64,000 bases of DNA from a virus. Where the stretch lies: IMG/VR virus record IMGVR_UViG_3300009171_000001, positions 1-64,000 of that record. One strand, 5' to 3'. The notes beneath the pieces are model-generated. The model ran no database searches and was not told where the DNA came from. It saw only the letters and a program-made list of their open reading frames with translations. Shown here in pieces: positions 27,266 to 35,384 of this stretch. The position numbers were made by a program, and so were the translations under genes. Numbering within the stretch: position 1 is the stretch's first letter; each line of letters starts with the position of its first letter.

Positions 27266-28372
27266 ATGAATGCTATGGAAATTATGACTAAGGCCAGAAC
27301 TCACTTGTTGCTTGACCATCCATTTTTTGGATGCTTGGCCATGCGATTAAGTCTGGTTGAGGACAATCAGTTTGAAACAGCGGGGACAGATGGCAAGGAA
27401 TTGAGATTCAATTCACAATTCATTCAATCATTACGATTGAATCAAGTGGTTGGATTGTTTGCTCACGAGGTTATGCACTTGGCTTTGGGGCACAACTGGC
27501 GGCAAGGCACACGTGAACATGAACGGTGGAACAACGCTGGCGATTACGCCATCAATTCCAATCTTGTCCGCACTGGGATTCACCTGCCGGATGGTGCTTT
27601 GATTGCTTATCAGTTTGACAAAATGAGTGCAGAAGAAATTTACACTTATCTTCCGTCCAATCCAAACCAAAATCAAAGCTCCGGCTCAAGCCAAACGTCT
27701 GATCCAGGTGGTTGCGGGGCAGTATTACCCACACCCAATGATTCTCAACTGGATGAGACTAAGGCAGAGTGGAAGACAGCAGTGGCTCAAGCCATACAAT
27801 TTGCTGGCATCGGTAATTTGCCTGCGGATTTGGCTCGCCAATTACAATCGGTGATTGACCCATCGTTGCCATGGTATGTATTGCTGCGTGATTTTGTAGA
27901 ACGCTCAGCGCGCAACGATTTCACTTGGCAAAGGCCAAATGCTCGCTACATCAATCAAGGCATTGTTCTGCCAGGATTGATTAGTGAAGAGTTGCCTGAA
28001 GTGATTGTGGCTGTTGATACCAGTGGCTCAATTAGTCAAGCCCAATTGGATTCTTTTGCGGCTGAGGCCAGTGCGGTGCTTAGTGCTTACAAAACAACAA
28101 TCCGTGTGATATATTGCGACAACGAAGTACAAGGCGAGCAAATCTATCAAACAGATGATTTGCCCATCCACTTATCACCGAAAGGTGGTGGCGGGACAAA
28201 GTTTGACCCTGTGTTCCGCTATGTAAACGAGAATGGATATACACCATCCTGCGTGATATATCTGACGGATTTGTTGGGGCCCACACCCCAATGTGAGCCA
28301 GAATGCCCTGTACTTTGGGTAAGTACAAAGCCAGGCAAAATGCCCTTTGGTACAGTGATTCAACTGAATTGA
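27266..28372 (+). CDS. DUF2201-type metallopeptidase plus VWA-like domain protein
   Basis: HEVMH zinc motif, MIDAS DTSGS, GGGGT.F and YLTD motifs. Confidence 0.88.
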   Translation: MNAMEIMTKARTHLLLDHPFFGCLAMRLSLVEDNQFETAGTDGKELRFNSQFIQSLRLNQVVGLFAHEVMHLALGHNWRQGTREHERWNNAGDYAINSNLVRTGIHLPDGALIAYQFDKMSAEEIYTYLPSNPNQNQSSGSSQTSDPGGCGAVLPTPNDSQLDETKAEWKTAVAQAIQFAGIGNLPADLARQLQSVIDPSLPWYVLLRDFVERSARNDFTWQRPNARYINQGIVLPGLISEELPEVIVAVDTSGSISQAQLDSFAAEASAVLSAYKTTIRVIYCDNEVQGEQIYQTDDLPIHLSPKGGGGTKFDPVFRYVNENGYTPSCVIYLTDLLGPTPQCEPECPVLWVSTKPGKMPFGTVIQLN

Positions 28373-28373
28373 A

Positions 28374-28447
28374 TGTCGAAATACCCGATAATCTATATCG
28401 GGTATATATAGGCTAAGGCGATAACCTATACTGATGAGACAATCGCT
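28374..28447 (+). ncRNA. Hammerhead ribozyme H4 (type II); predicted cleavage after 28406
   Basis: TGTC-GAAA-stem III-TA-[TATAGG/CCTATA]-CTGATGA-GACA; pseudoknot GGCGAT/ATCGCT. Confidence 0.92.
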
Positions 28448-28483
28448 AAAATATCTAATAAATATCTTAAAAGGAGAACAAAA

Positions 28484-28690
28484 ATGGAACTATGGACTAA
28501 AACACGATGGACTCGCTTGCGAAAGAAATCGAAAATAATTCAAACGGGTGGGATTGAAGGTTCACAAATTTACAATCTCATAATCGAAACACCCGAAGGC
28601 AAACACCTGGCTGGAGACTTGATATGGGATGGGTGGGCAGAGCTTGTGCAAGTCTGGACGCCAACACCACAAGAATACAAGCAAACGTAA
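28484..28690 (+). CDS. Hypothetical early protein
   Basis: Conserved leader/RBS; 68 aa. Confidence 0.7.
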   Translation: MELWTKTRWTRLRKKSKIIQTGGIEGSQIYNLIIETPEGKHLAGDLIWDGWAELVQVWTPTPQEYKQT

Positions 28691-28708
28691 GGAGAACCAA
28701 AATACATC

Positions 28709-28738
28709 CGCTAAGGCTCGCTAAGGCTCGCTAAGGCT
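28709..28738 (+). repeat. Tandem 10-bp repeat CGCTAAGGCT x3
   Basis: Directly visible; shares the GCTAAG core with the 24306 repeats. Confidence 0.85.
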
Positions 28739-28761
28739 AACATTTTTTAAGGAGAACAAAA

Positions 28762-29268
28762 ATGAACAACAATAATATAGAAATGACGTATTGTGATTGT
28801 GTTGATTTGATACGCAAAACAGTTTGGGATTTCATCGCTAAGTACAACAAACATCCCGATGAGTTTGATGAACTGATGAGTCAGGCTAATGAATACTTTA
28901 TGACCGCATACAACACGCATGATAAAACGCGAAGCTCATTTACCACGTGGTTGAGGGTAAGGGTATGGTACGGATTAGTGATGGCTAATGGCAAAGAAAT
29001 GAAACACACTCGCAATCAATCCCGTCCACCACGCCCAACAAATCATCAAGACAACATAGGATTATTGGATTTGATAGACAGTTTGAATGAGGATGCCAAA
29101 AATCTAATCTTGCTGGTACGAAGTGTGCCAGCAGATTTGGACCAGCTGTTTCATCGTGCACACCGCAAACCCGCACGCAAGTATGTCTTTCAATACTTGA
29201 AAGATTGTGGATGGACGCGGAGTGAGATATTGAATGCTTTTTCAAGTTTGAAATGCCTATTACAATAA
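28762..29268 (+). CDS. Sigma-70-like factor (region 2)
   Basis: DELMS.A...FM.A...HD..R.SFTTWL motif of sigma region 2. Confidence 0.65.
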   Translation: MNNNNIEMTYCDCVDLIRKTVWDFIAKYNKHPDEFDELMSQANEYFMTAYNTHDKTRSSFTTWLRVRVWYGLVMANGKEMKHTRNQSRPPRPTNHQDNIGLLDLIDSLNEDAKNLILLVRSVPADLDQLFHRAHRKPARKYVFQYLKDCGWTRSEILNAFSSLKCLLQ

Positions 29269-29282
29269 AAAAGGGGGACAAA

Positions 29283-29453
29283 ATGGAAACCGACAAGAAG
29301 GAACAAATTGTTTATCTACATATTTGCTTTTTTTGTAACAAACGCTGGTGGACACCTAACAAAGTTGCTAATTGTCCCAAATGTTCCCATCAGCATATTT
29401 GGTTCAGGGGGACAAGTAAAATAGTTGATGTAAAAATGGAGGTACAAAAATGA
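29283..29453 (+). CDS. Small zinc-ribbon protein
   Basis: CFFC...CPKC; RBS GGGGA. Confidence 0.5.
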   Translation: METDKKEQIVYLHICFFCNKRWWTPNKVANCPKCSHQHIWFRGTSKIVDVKMEVQK

Positions 29454-29692
29454 CTTCATTAAACCGACCAGTTAAGCGTACAAACGCTGGGATGGTGCGT
29501 GAAGGCGGTAAGATGAGGGCCATTATCATTACCATCCGGCCACCTAATATTATTGGATTCAGGGCAAAGGGATGTCACAAGGAGTATCAACTGACTACAG
29601 AGGCTTGTTACATTATGGCTGTACGAGCCCAGGTATTGGATTTACAAAAACAAAAGAAACTCAAAAGAAGACACAAAGGAGAACAAAAATGA
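29450..29692 (+). CDS. Hypothetical basic protein
   Basis: 80 aa; RBS GGAGG; translationally coupled to its neighbours. Confidence 0.6.
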   Translation: MTSLNRPVKRTNAGMVREGGKMRAIIITIRPPNIIGFRAKGCHKEYQLTTEACYIMAVRAQVLDLQKQKKLKRRHKGEQK

Positions 29693-30246
29693 AAAACATA
29701 TCAAAAAATTGTAAACAGGAGGGGACAATAATCTCCAAAGCACTCGAACCTTTGGCAGTAGAAGCAAGGAAATATAAGACAGTAGAGGAATTTGAGGAAA
29801 AATTATGGGAGATAAAACAATGGGGCGAACAAAGACATAGAACGTCCGGTTTTCCTCAATTAAGCGCAATGCCTGGAGAAGAGGAACGATACAATAAGTG
29901 GTATGAAAATTTATCACCAGAAAAGAAGGCATTAGAAGATTTATACGTTTCTTATAGAAACGTTCCCAATAGGGGAATTACCATATCAGATTTTTACAAG
30001 CAAGCCAAGCAAGCCCCTGCGCCAGAGGGGATAATTAAAGTAGGTGATACAATCACAAATGGAATGGTACGTGGCAAGGTTATTGGTGAAGGCTCTATCA
30101 AATTTGGCAAAAGTCCATTGCCTGCCTACAAAGTCAAAATCCTCACCGGCCATGAAAAAGGTACAATTTCATTGATGATTAAAACCGACTCAAAGTTAGT
30201 ATCAAATGATGCCTTTGTACAGCAGTACGGCAGAAAGAAGAAATGA
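29689..30246 (+). CDS. Hypothetical protein
   Basis: Start re-called at ATG 29689 behind GGAGAACAAAA. Confidence 0.55.
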   Translation: MKNISKNCKQEGTIISKALEPLAVEARKYKTVEEFEEKLWEIKQWGEQRHRTSGFPQLSAMPGEEERYNKWYENLSPEKKALEDLYVSYRNVPNRGITISDFYKQAKQAPAPEGIIKVGDTITNGMVRGKVIGEGSIKFGKSPLPAYKVKILTGHEKGTISLMIKTDSKLVSNDAFVQQYGRKKK

Positions 30247-30408
30247 CCAAACTATATCCATTTCAAAAACGTGGTGTCCGCCAAATAATCCGATTTGGTG
30301 GACGTGTGTTGTTGATAAAATATAAAATATCTCTTGACCTTTTCCTATACCCATTATAGTATTGGGTTTTGGTAAAAAGAACATTCATTATTAGAAAGGA
30401 ACAAAAAG

Positions 30409-30939
30409 ATGCCAAGAGGTATTTATCCAAGGACAAAAAATCAATTGAAAAATGCGAAGAAAAATCTTGCAATGGGTCGTACTCCCAAAGCACGAGAAAA
30501 AGCAAGACAAAAAATGATTGAGAAGGCAAAAAATATAGAATGGAGAAAGTTAGTATCAGAACAAACTAAAAAGGCCATGCATCAACCAAACATACGAAAA
30601 AACCACCTGAGAGGACTGTTCAAAGCAAGAGCAAAATATGGTATCAATTTTAAGGGAGGTAATGGACAAAAGCCAACCCCTATTATAGAATTAGCTAACA
30701 AATTATTTAGTCAATGTGGATTTGAAAGAGAATATGTAATAGAAACAAAAATAATAAAACAAAACTTTGAAAATATACCAGATTCATATAAAGCTGATTT
30801 TTGTAATCCCAAACAAAAGTTGATAATAGAAATGGATGGACCTTGCCATCGGCCCAGGAAACAAAGAAAACTGGATAGAAAAAAGACAAAAGTATTAAAA
30901 GCTCTTGGTTGGCGGGTTGTGAGGTTGAAACATCAATGA
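30409..30939 (+). CDS. Homing-type endonuclease with DUF559/Vsr-like domain
   Basis: MPRGIY N-terminus; Y.ADF......KL+IE+DG..H...D......L...GW.V+R motif. Confidence 0.78.
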   Translation: MPRGIYPRTKNQLKNAKKNLAMGRTPKAREKARQKMIEKAKNIEWRKLVSEQTKKAMHQPNIRKNHLRGLFKARAKYGINFKGGNGQKPTPIIELANKLFSQCGFEREYVIETKIIKQNFENIPDSYKADFCNPKQKLIIEMDGPCHRPRKQRKLDRKKTKVLKALGWRVVRLKHQ

Positions 30940-32288
30940 CAAAATTATTTTCGTACCAAAAAGAATCTGTAAGACAGATCATACGGTTCAAAGGAAGAAC
31001 TTTACTTGCGTTAGAAATGGGTTTGGGTAAGACTTTAGTGGCTCTGTCTTATCTTCGACAACAAACGGGGACAATCCCTGCGATGGTTGTCTGTCCTGCA
31101 TCGGCTAAGTGGGTATGGAAAAACGAAATCAAGAAACATACCCACTTCAAAAGTCAGATTCTAAATGGCAAATCGCCCAGGCCCATCCAATGCAAAGACA
31201 TAACCATTATAAACTATGATATTTTACCACAATGGAAAGATGTTTTGAAAGGGATGAATCATCCTACAATGATATTAGATGAGTGCCAATACATCAAATC
31301 CTGGCAGGCCAAGCGCACTAAGGCTGTGATAAGTCTGGGCCGAAACAAACCTCACATCCTTGCGTTAAGTGGTACACCTTTGACTAATAGGCCAAAGGAA
31401 TTATATAATGTATTACATTTGTTGTTGCCTGAAAGGTTCACCTCATTTGTCCCATATGCTTGGCGGTTTTGTAACAGACGGATAACACCTTGGGGATGGG
31501 ATGATAATGGGGCAAGCCATTTGGATGAGTTGCATAATATACTCAAAGAGACATGTATGATTAGGCGTTGCAAAAAACAAGTGTTGTCTGAATTACCGGA
31601 CAAACAACGCAGTGTAATTTTGTTGCCTGTTAATCTGACCGAATATCGTAGGGCTGAAGATGATTTTATCAACTGGTTAGCTGAGCAGGATGTCGCTAAG
31701 GCTGAAAAAGCTAAGCAAGCAGAGGCTTTGGTCCAATTGGGTTATTTGAAACGATTGGCCGCTAAGTTGAAGATGAAAGCAGTGATGGAATGGATGGATG
31801 ACTATTTTGAATCAACTGACGCTAAGTTGGTTGTTTTTGCATATCATAAATCCATAATCCAAACTTTGCATCAACAATACAAAAAATTCAGTGTGGTATT
31901 AGATGGGAGGACATCTCAGGCGGGAAGGATACAAAGCATCCAAAAATTTCAAGAGGATAAACAAACCCGTTTGTTTATAGGTCAGTTAATTGCAGCAGGC
32001 ACAGCTATTACCCTGACCGCAGCATCGACAGCCGCGTTTGTAGAATTAGATTGGGTGCCAAGCAACCATATACAAGCAGAGGACAGGTTGCATCGTATAG
32101 GTCAAAAAGCCCATACCCAAATATATTATATAGTTAGTAAAGATACTATTGAAGAAGATTTGTGTAATATAATTCAAAAGAAAGCAAAAACGATTACATC
32201 TGTATTAGATGGTCGAAAAAGAAAAGATGAATTAAATATCTTTGATAAATTGAAGAACATTATTTATGAAAGGAAAAACAATGGATAA
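30936..32288 (+). CDS. SNF2-family (HARP-like) helicase
   Basis: EMGLGKT, DECQ, LSGTP and QAEDR.HRIGQ motifs. Confidence 0.93.
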   Translation: MTKLFSYQKESVRQIIRFKGRTLLALEMGLGKTLVALSYLRQQTGTIPAMVVCPASAKWVWKNEIKKHTHFKSQILNGKSPRPIQCKDITIINYDILPQWKDVLKGMNHPTMILDECQYIKSWQAKRTKAVISLGRNKPHILALSGTPLTNRPKELYNVLHLLLPERFTSFVPYAWRFCNRRITPWGWDDNGASHLDELHNILKETCMIRRCKKQVLSELPDKQRSVILLPVNLTEYRRAEDDFINWLAEQDVAKAEKAKQAEALVQLGYLKRLAAKLKMKAVMEWMDDYFESTDAKLVVFAYHKSIIQTLHQQYKKFSVVLDGRTSQAGRIQSIQKFQEDKQTRLFIGQLIAAGTAITLTAASTAAFVELDWVPSNHIQAEDRLHRIGQKAHTQIYYIVSKDTIEEDLCNIIQKKAKTITSVLDGRKRKDELNIFDKLKNIIYERKNNG

Positions 32289-32460
32289 CAAGCCAAAAAA
32301 ATCAGACCAGACAATGTCAACTATTTTCATCAAGAGCATCCCACGTACACTAAAAAGTAGTTTCAAAGCATACTGTGCCAGACGGGATAAATCGATGACA
32401 CAAGTCTTGCTCCGGTTTATGCGGGATAGTGTGACCAAGAATGAACCTGCAAGTAAATAA
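32281..32460 (+). CDS. Ribbon-helix-helix DNA-binding protein
   Basis: TIFIKSIP..LK..FKAYCA....SM.QVL pattern. Confidence 0.6.
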   Translation: MDNKPKKSDQTMSTIFIKSIPRTLKSSFKAYCARRDKSMTQVLLRFMRDSVTKNEPASK

Positions 32461-32507
32461 GCTCCGGAGCGGTCTTTGTTTTTGCCGAGGCTAAAAAGGC
32501 GTCCAAG

Positions 32508-33377
32508 ATGAAATTCATCGATATACTTGAAGAAAATAATATCCCTACAGCACCACAGGGACATCATCATCGGACACAAGGATGGATACAATTTGATTGT
32601 CCATTTTGTGGGCGGGATAGTGGACGATTCCATATGGGATATAATCTGGGTGGGGGGTTTGCTAATTGCTGGCGGTGTGGCCCCCATTCACTTTATCAAA
32701 TCCTGCAGGAATTGACAGGGTTACACCACAACAAAATAAAATCCATAATCTCACAATTGGATGAAGTTGTAATGGAGGATGAGGAGAAAATACATCACAC
32801 CCTCATCCTCCCCTCCCACTTAGGCCCACTTGGTACAACCCATATAAGATATATCAACAAACGCCATCTACATCATCTTGACTTGGAACGATTATGGCAA
32901 GTGCAGGGCATAGGGTTTTTTGGCAGATTGAAATGGCGGTTGTTCATACCTATAATCTACAAAGGACGGATGGTCAGTTGGACTACACGTACCATTGGTG
33001 AAACAGGATTGAGATATATTAGTGCTCAACCTGGACAAGAATTAATGCCACACAAGACCTTGTTGTATGGACAAGATTATGTAAGGCATACCGTCATTGT
33101 TGTGGAAGGGCCGATGGATGTTTGGGCTATTGGACCTGGGGCTGTGGCTACATTTGGGACGGCTTATACCAAAAGTCAGGTGGCTAAGTTGATAGAAATT
33201 CCACGCCGTATTGTTTGTTATGACAATGAACCAGAGGCTCAAAAACAGGCCCAAAAACTCTGCAACGAATTGGGGGGATTTGGGGGTGAAACTATCAATG
33301 TTGTTTTGAATAGCAAAGACCCAGGTGAAGCAAAACCGGCTGAATTAAATCTATTAAGAACATTTTTAGAAAGATGA
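32508..33377 (+). CDS. DNA primase (zinc finger plus TOPRIM)
   Basis: CPFC...CWRC, VVEGPMD, YDNE and KDP motifs. Confidence 0.88.
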   Translation: MKFIDILEENNIPTAPQGHHHRTQGWIQFDCPFCGRDSGRFHMGYNLGGGFANCWRCGPHSLYQILQELTGLHHNKIKSIISQLDEVVMEDEEKIHHTLILPSHLGPLGTTHIRYINKRHLHHLDLERLWQVQGIGFFGRLKWRLFIPIIYKGRMVSWTTRTIGETGLRYISAQPGQELMPHKTLLYGQDYVRHTVIVVEGPMDVWAIGPGAVATFGTAYTKSQVAKLIEIPRRIVCYDNEPEAQKQAQKLCNELGGFGGETINVVLNSKDPGEAKPAELNLLRTFLER

Positions 33378-33415
33378 ACAAACAAAGACACAATGTTTTG
33401 AAAGGAGAACAACAA

Positions 33416-33631
33416 ATGAACGAAGCACCAGAAAGAATATGGCGACCGGCGAAGAGTCAACGATTTAAGGGCAAACTGCTTGATACTGATATTGAGTACA
33501 TCCGAGTCGATATAGCCAAAGCCGAGAGCGAGCGATTGAGAGGATTACTATTACAATGTATTCCAGCCTTACGAGAATCCAAAAGAGACGTAACGCTTTT
33601 ACCGGAAGTTGAAATAGCTACAATGTTTTGA
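33416..33631 (+). CDS. Hypothetical protein
   Basis: MNEAPERIW...DIEYIR.D; flanked by a direct repeat CAATGTTTTGAAAGGA at 33391 and 33621. Confidence 0.6.
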   Translation: MNEAPERIWRPAKSQRFKGKLLDTDIEYIRVDIAKAESERLRGLLLQCIPALRESKRDVTLLPEVEIATMF

Positions 33632-33645
33632 AAGGAAAATGAAAA

Positions 33646-34320
33646 ATGTTTATCTGTCGAGAATGTTGGGGCGTGAAACGCGATGGTTTTTCCACCACGA
33701 TTTATGCGACTTGCGATTTATGCAACAAAGAAACAGTGTGCAACGACATAGCTTACGGTTTGGTCCCTTCAGATATTTTGGTCAGATACCGTACTGTGGT
33801 AAGAGACGAACTCGTATGTAAACTTCAAGCTGAGAACGCGCGGCTCAAAGAGAAACTCGTCCAGAAGATGAAAATCATATGTTTGTTAAGTATTATTGGA
33901 CTTTGTTTAAGTATTATTGGACTTTGTTTGATGGGTGGATGTACCAAAGCTCAATGGGAAAGATGGAATGACCCTTTTGCTACTCAGAGGGAATGGGAAA
34001 ATAGCCGGATGATGGAAACATTCCGGATAAGAGCGATGGAAGAAGAGGCACGGGATTTGAAATGTAGCAAACCCTATTTGAACATAGAAAAGGCCATTCA
34101 AAATAGTGAAATCAAAGTAGGAATGTCCCAAAGGGAAGTTTTCAACCTATATGGAAGGCCCATCGGGGATAGTTATACTGGAGATTGCATAAATAGTAGT
34201 GTTGGGGTTTGGGGTGTATATGAACAAGTCACATACACCAGATATCAAGGCCCAGACTATAATCGTAAATACATCTATCTGTATTTTGACAATTATGCAC
34301 TCACCGGATGGCAAGATTGA
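33646..34320 (+). CDS. Hypothetical protein: zinc-finger N-terminus fused to a lipoprotein-like (SmpA/BamE-like) part
   Basis: CREC..CDLC; internal MKIICLL...MGGC lipobox; I.VGMS..EV...YG.P and YLYFD...L..WQD. Confidence 0.5.
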   Translation: MFICRECWGVKRDGFSTTIYATCDLCNKETVCNDIAYGLVPSDILVRYRTVVRDELVCKLQAENARLKEKLVQKMKIICLLSIIGLCLSIIGLCLMGGCTKAQWERWNDPFATQREWENSRMMETFRIRAMEEEARDLKCSKPYLNIEKAIQNSEIKVGMSQREVFNLYGRPIGDSYTGDCINSSVGVWGVYEQVTYTRYQGPDYNRKYIYLYFDNYALTGWQD

Positions 34321-34463
34321 AAAAGAAAAATTTTTAGAAAATTAAAAGATTTTTCTTTACCTAAAACCGTATGGGCAATAATATATACGGCGTTCGCAGT
34401 ACAAAAACAAAGTTAGAATAGAAGCAAAAAGGTAAAAGTGGTATCTTATTATTTTTGACTATG

Positions 34464-34519
34464 GCCGCCCATTGTAGCTTCTATTTTAATAGGCGAACTA
34501 CAATGGGCGGCGTTTTTAT
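34464..34519 (+). terminator. Intrinsic terminator/attenuator in the leader of the replication initiator gene
   Basis: 14-bp stem GCCGCCCATTGTAG/CTACAATGGGCGGC followed by GTTTTTATT. Confidence 0.7.
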
Positions 34520-34536
34520 TGGAAAAGGTATATAGG

Positions 34537-35382
34537 ATGACAAAACAAAAACCCTACCAGACAAAAGACTACAAAAAGCATCCCCCTGTTATTAACATAA
34601 CCAAAACAACTATGGATATTTTGAAGGAGAGAGAAAAAAGTGGGGAATTAATGGGATTATATATATGGTATTGTTATGTAACTATTTGGCAGAATACCAC
34701 GACCATTTGGGCTGGAGTAAAATATATGAGTGCCTTGACCAAATGGTCTATGGAAAAGATACGACAATTGAGGAAAATTTTGTTAGATATTGGTTTGATT
34801 GAAGATGTACAAAATCGAGAGGAAGGCGGAAATTTTGGCAGACGATATGTACGTGTGCATTACATATCCGCACTCTCAACCACCGTCGTACCGAAAACCC
34901 GTAGTACGGCAAACCGTAGTGCTAAGTACTTAGTAAGAGATAAGAAGTGCTTAGGAATAAATAACTATCGTCAGCCACAAAAAGTGGCTGGTATAAATAA
35001 TAAAAATTCTTTGGTAGGAAAAGACAACTCATTCATTACCCGCCATGCTGAGAAATTACAAAGATTACTTAATATCCGTAGTAGATACCACCCTGTTACA
35101 ATAGCCACCTGGTCCAAACAAATATCTTATTTACTTCATCATGATAATATATCACCCAAACGATATGCCCGTGTAATTCGATGGTACTTGAAAAACAAAG
35201 ATACCTATGACTATTGTCCCCAAATTCGTAAGGCCACCGATTTGGTGGACAAATTCTTAACCATAGAACAAATGATGAAAAAACAAACCAAAGTCAAGCA
35301 TAAAGAAGACAACATACATTACCATGATGATCCAGACCCACGTAAGGCAGGATATTTTGATGATAGTTTGGGGGATGACTAA
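34537..35382 (+). CDS. Replication initiator-like protein
   Basis: N-terminal winged HTH, repeat-containing linker; upstream of the DnaB-like helicase. Confidence 0.6.
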   Translation: MTKQKPYQTKDYKKHPPVINITKTTMDILKEREKSGELMGLYIWYCYVTIWQNTTTIWAGVKYMSALTKWSMEKIRQLRKILLDIGLIEDVQNREEGGNFGRRYVRVHYISALSTTVVPKTRSTANRSAKYLVRDKKCLGINNYRQPQKVAGINNKNSLVGKDNSFITRHAEKLQRLLNIRSRYHPVTIATWSKQISYLLHHDNISPKRYARVIRWYLKNKDTYDYCPQIRKATDLVDKFLTIEQMMKKQTKVKHKEDNIHYHDDPDPRKAGYFDDSLGDD

Positions 35383-35384
35383 TC

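Noticed and set aside
23610-28483. Regularly recurring repeats as a CRISPR array
   Set aside because: The intervening sequences are whole genes of variable length, the repeats fold as ribozymes or tRNA-like RNAs, and no cas genes are present
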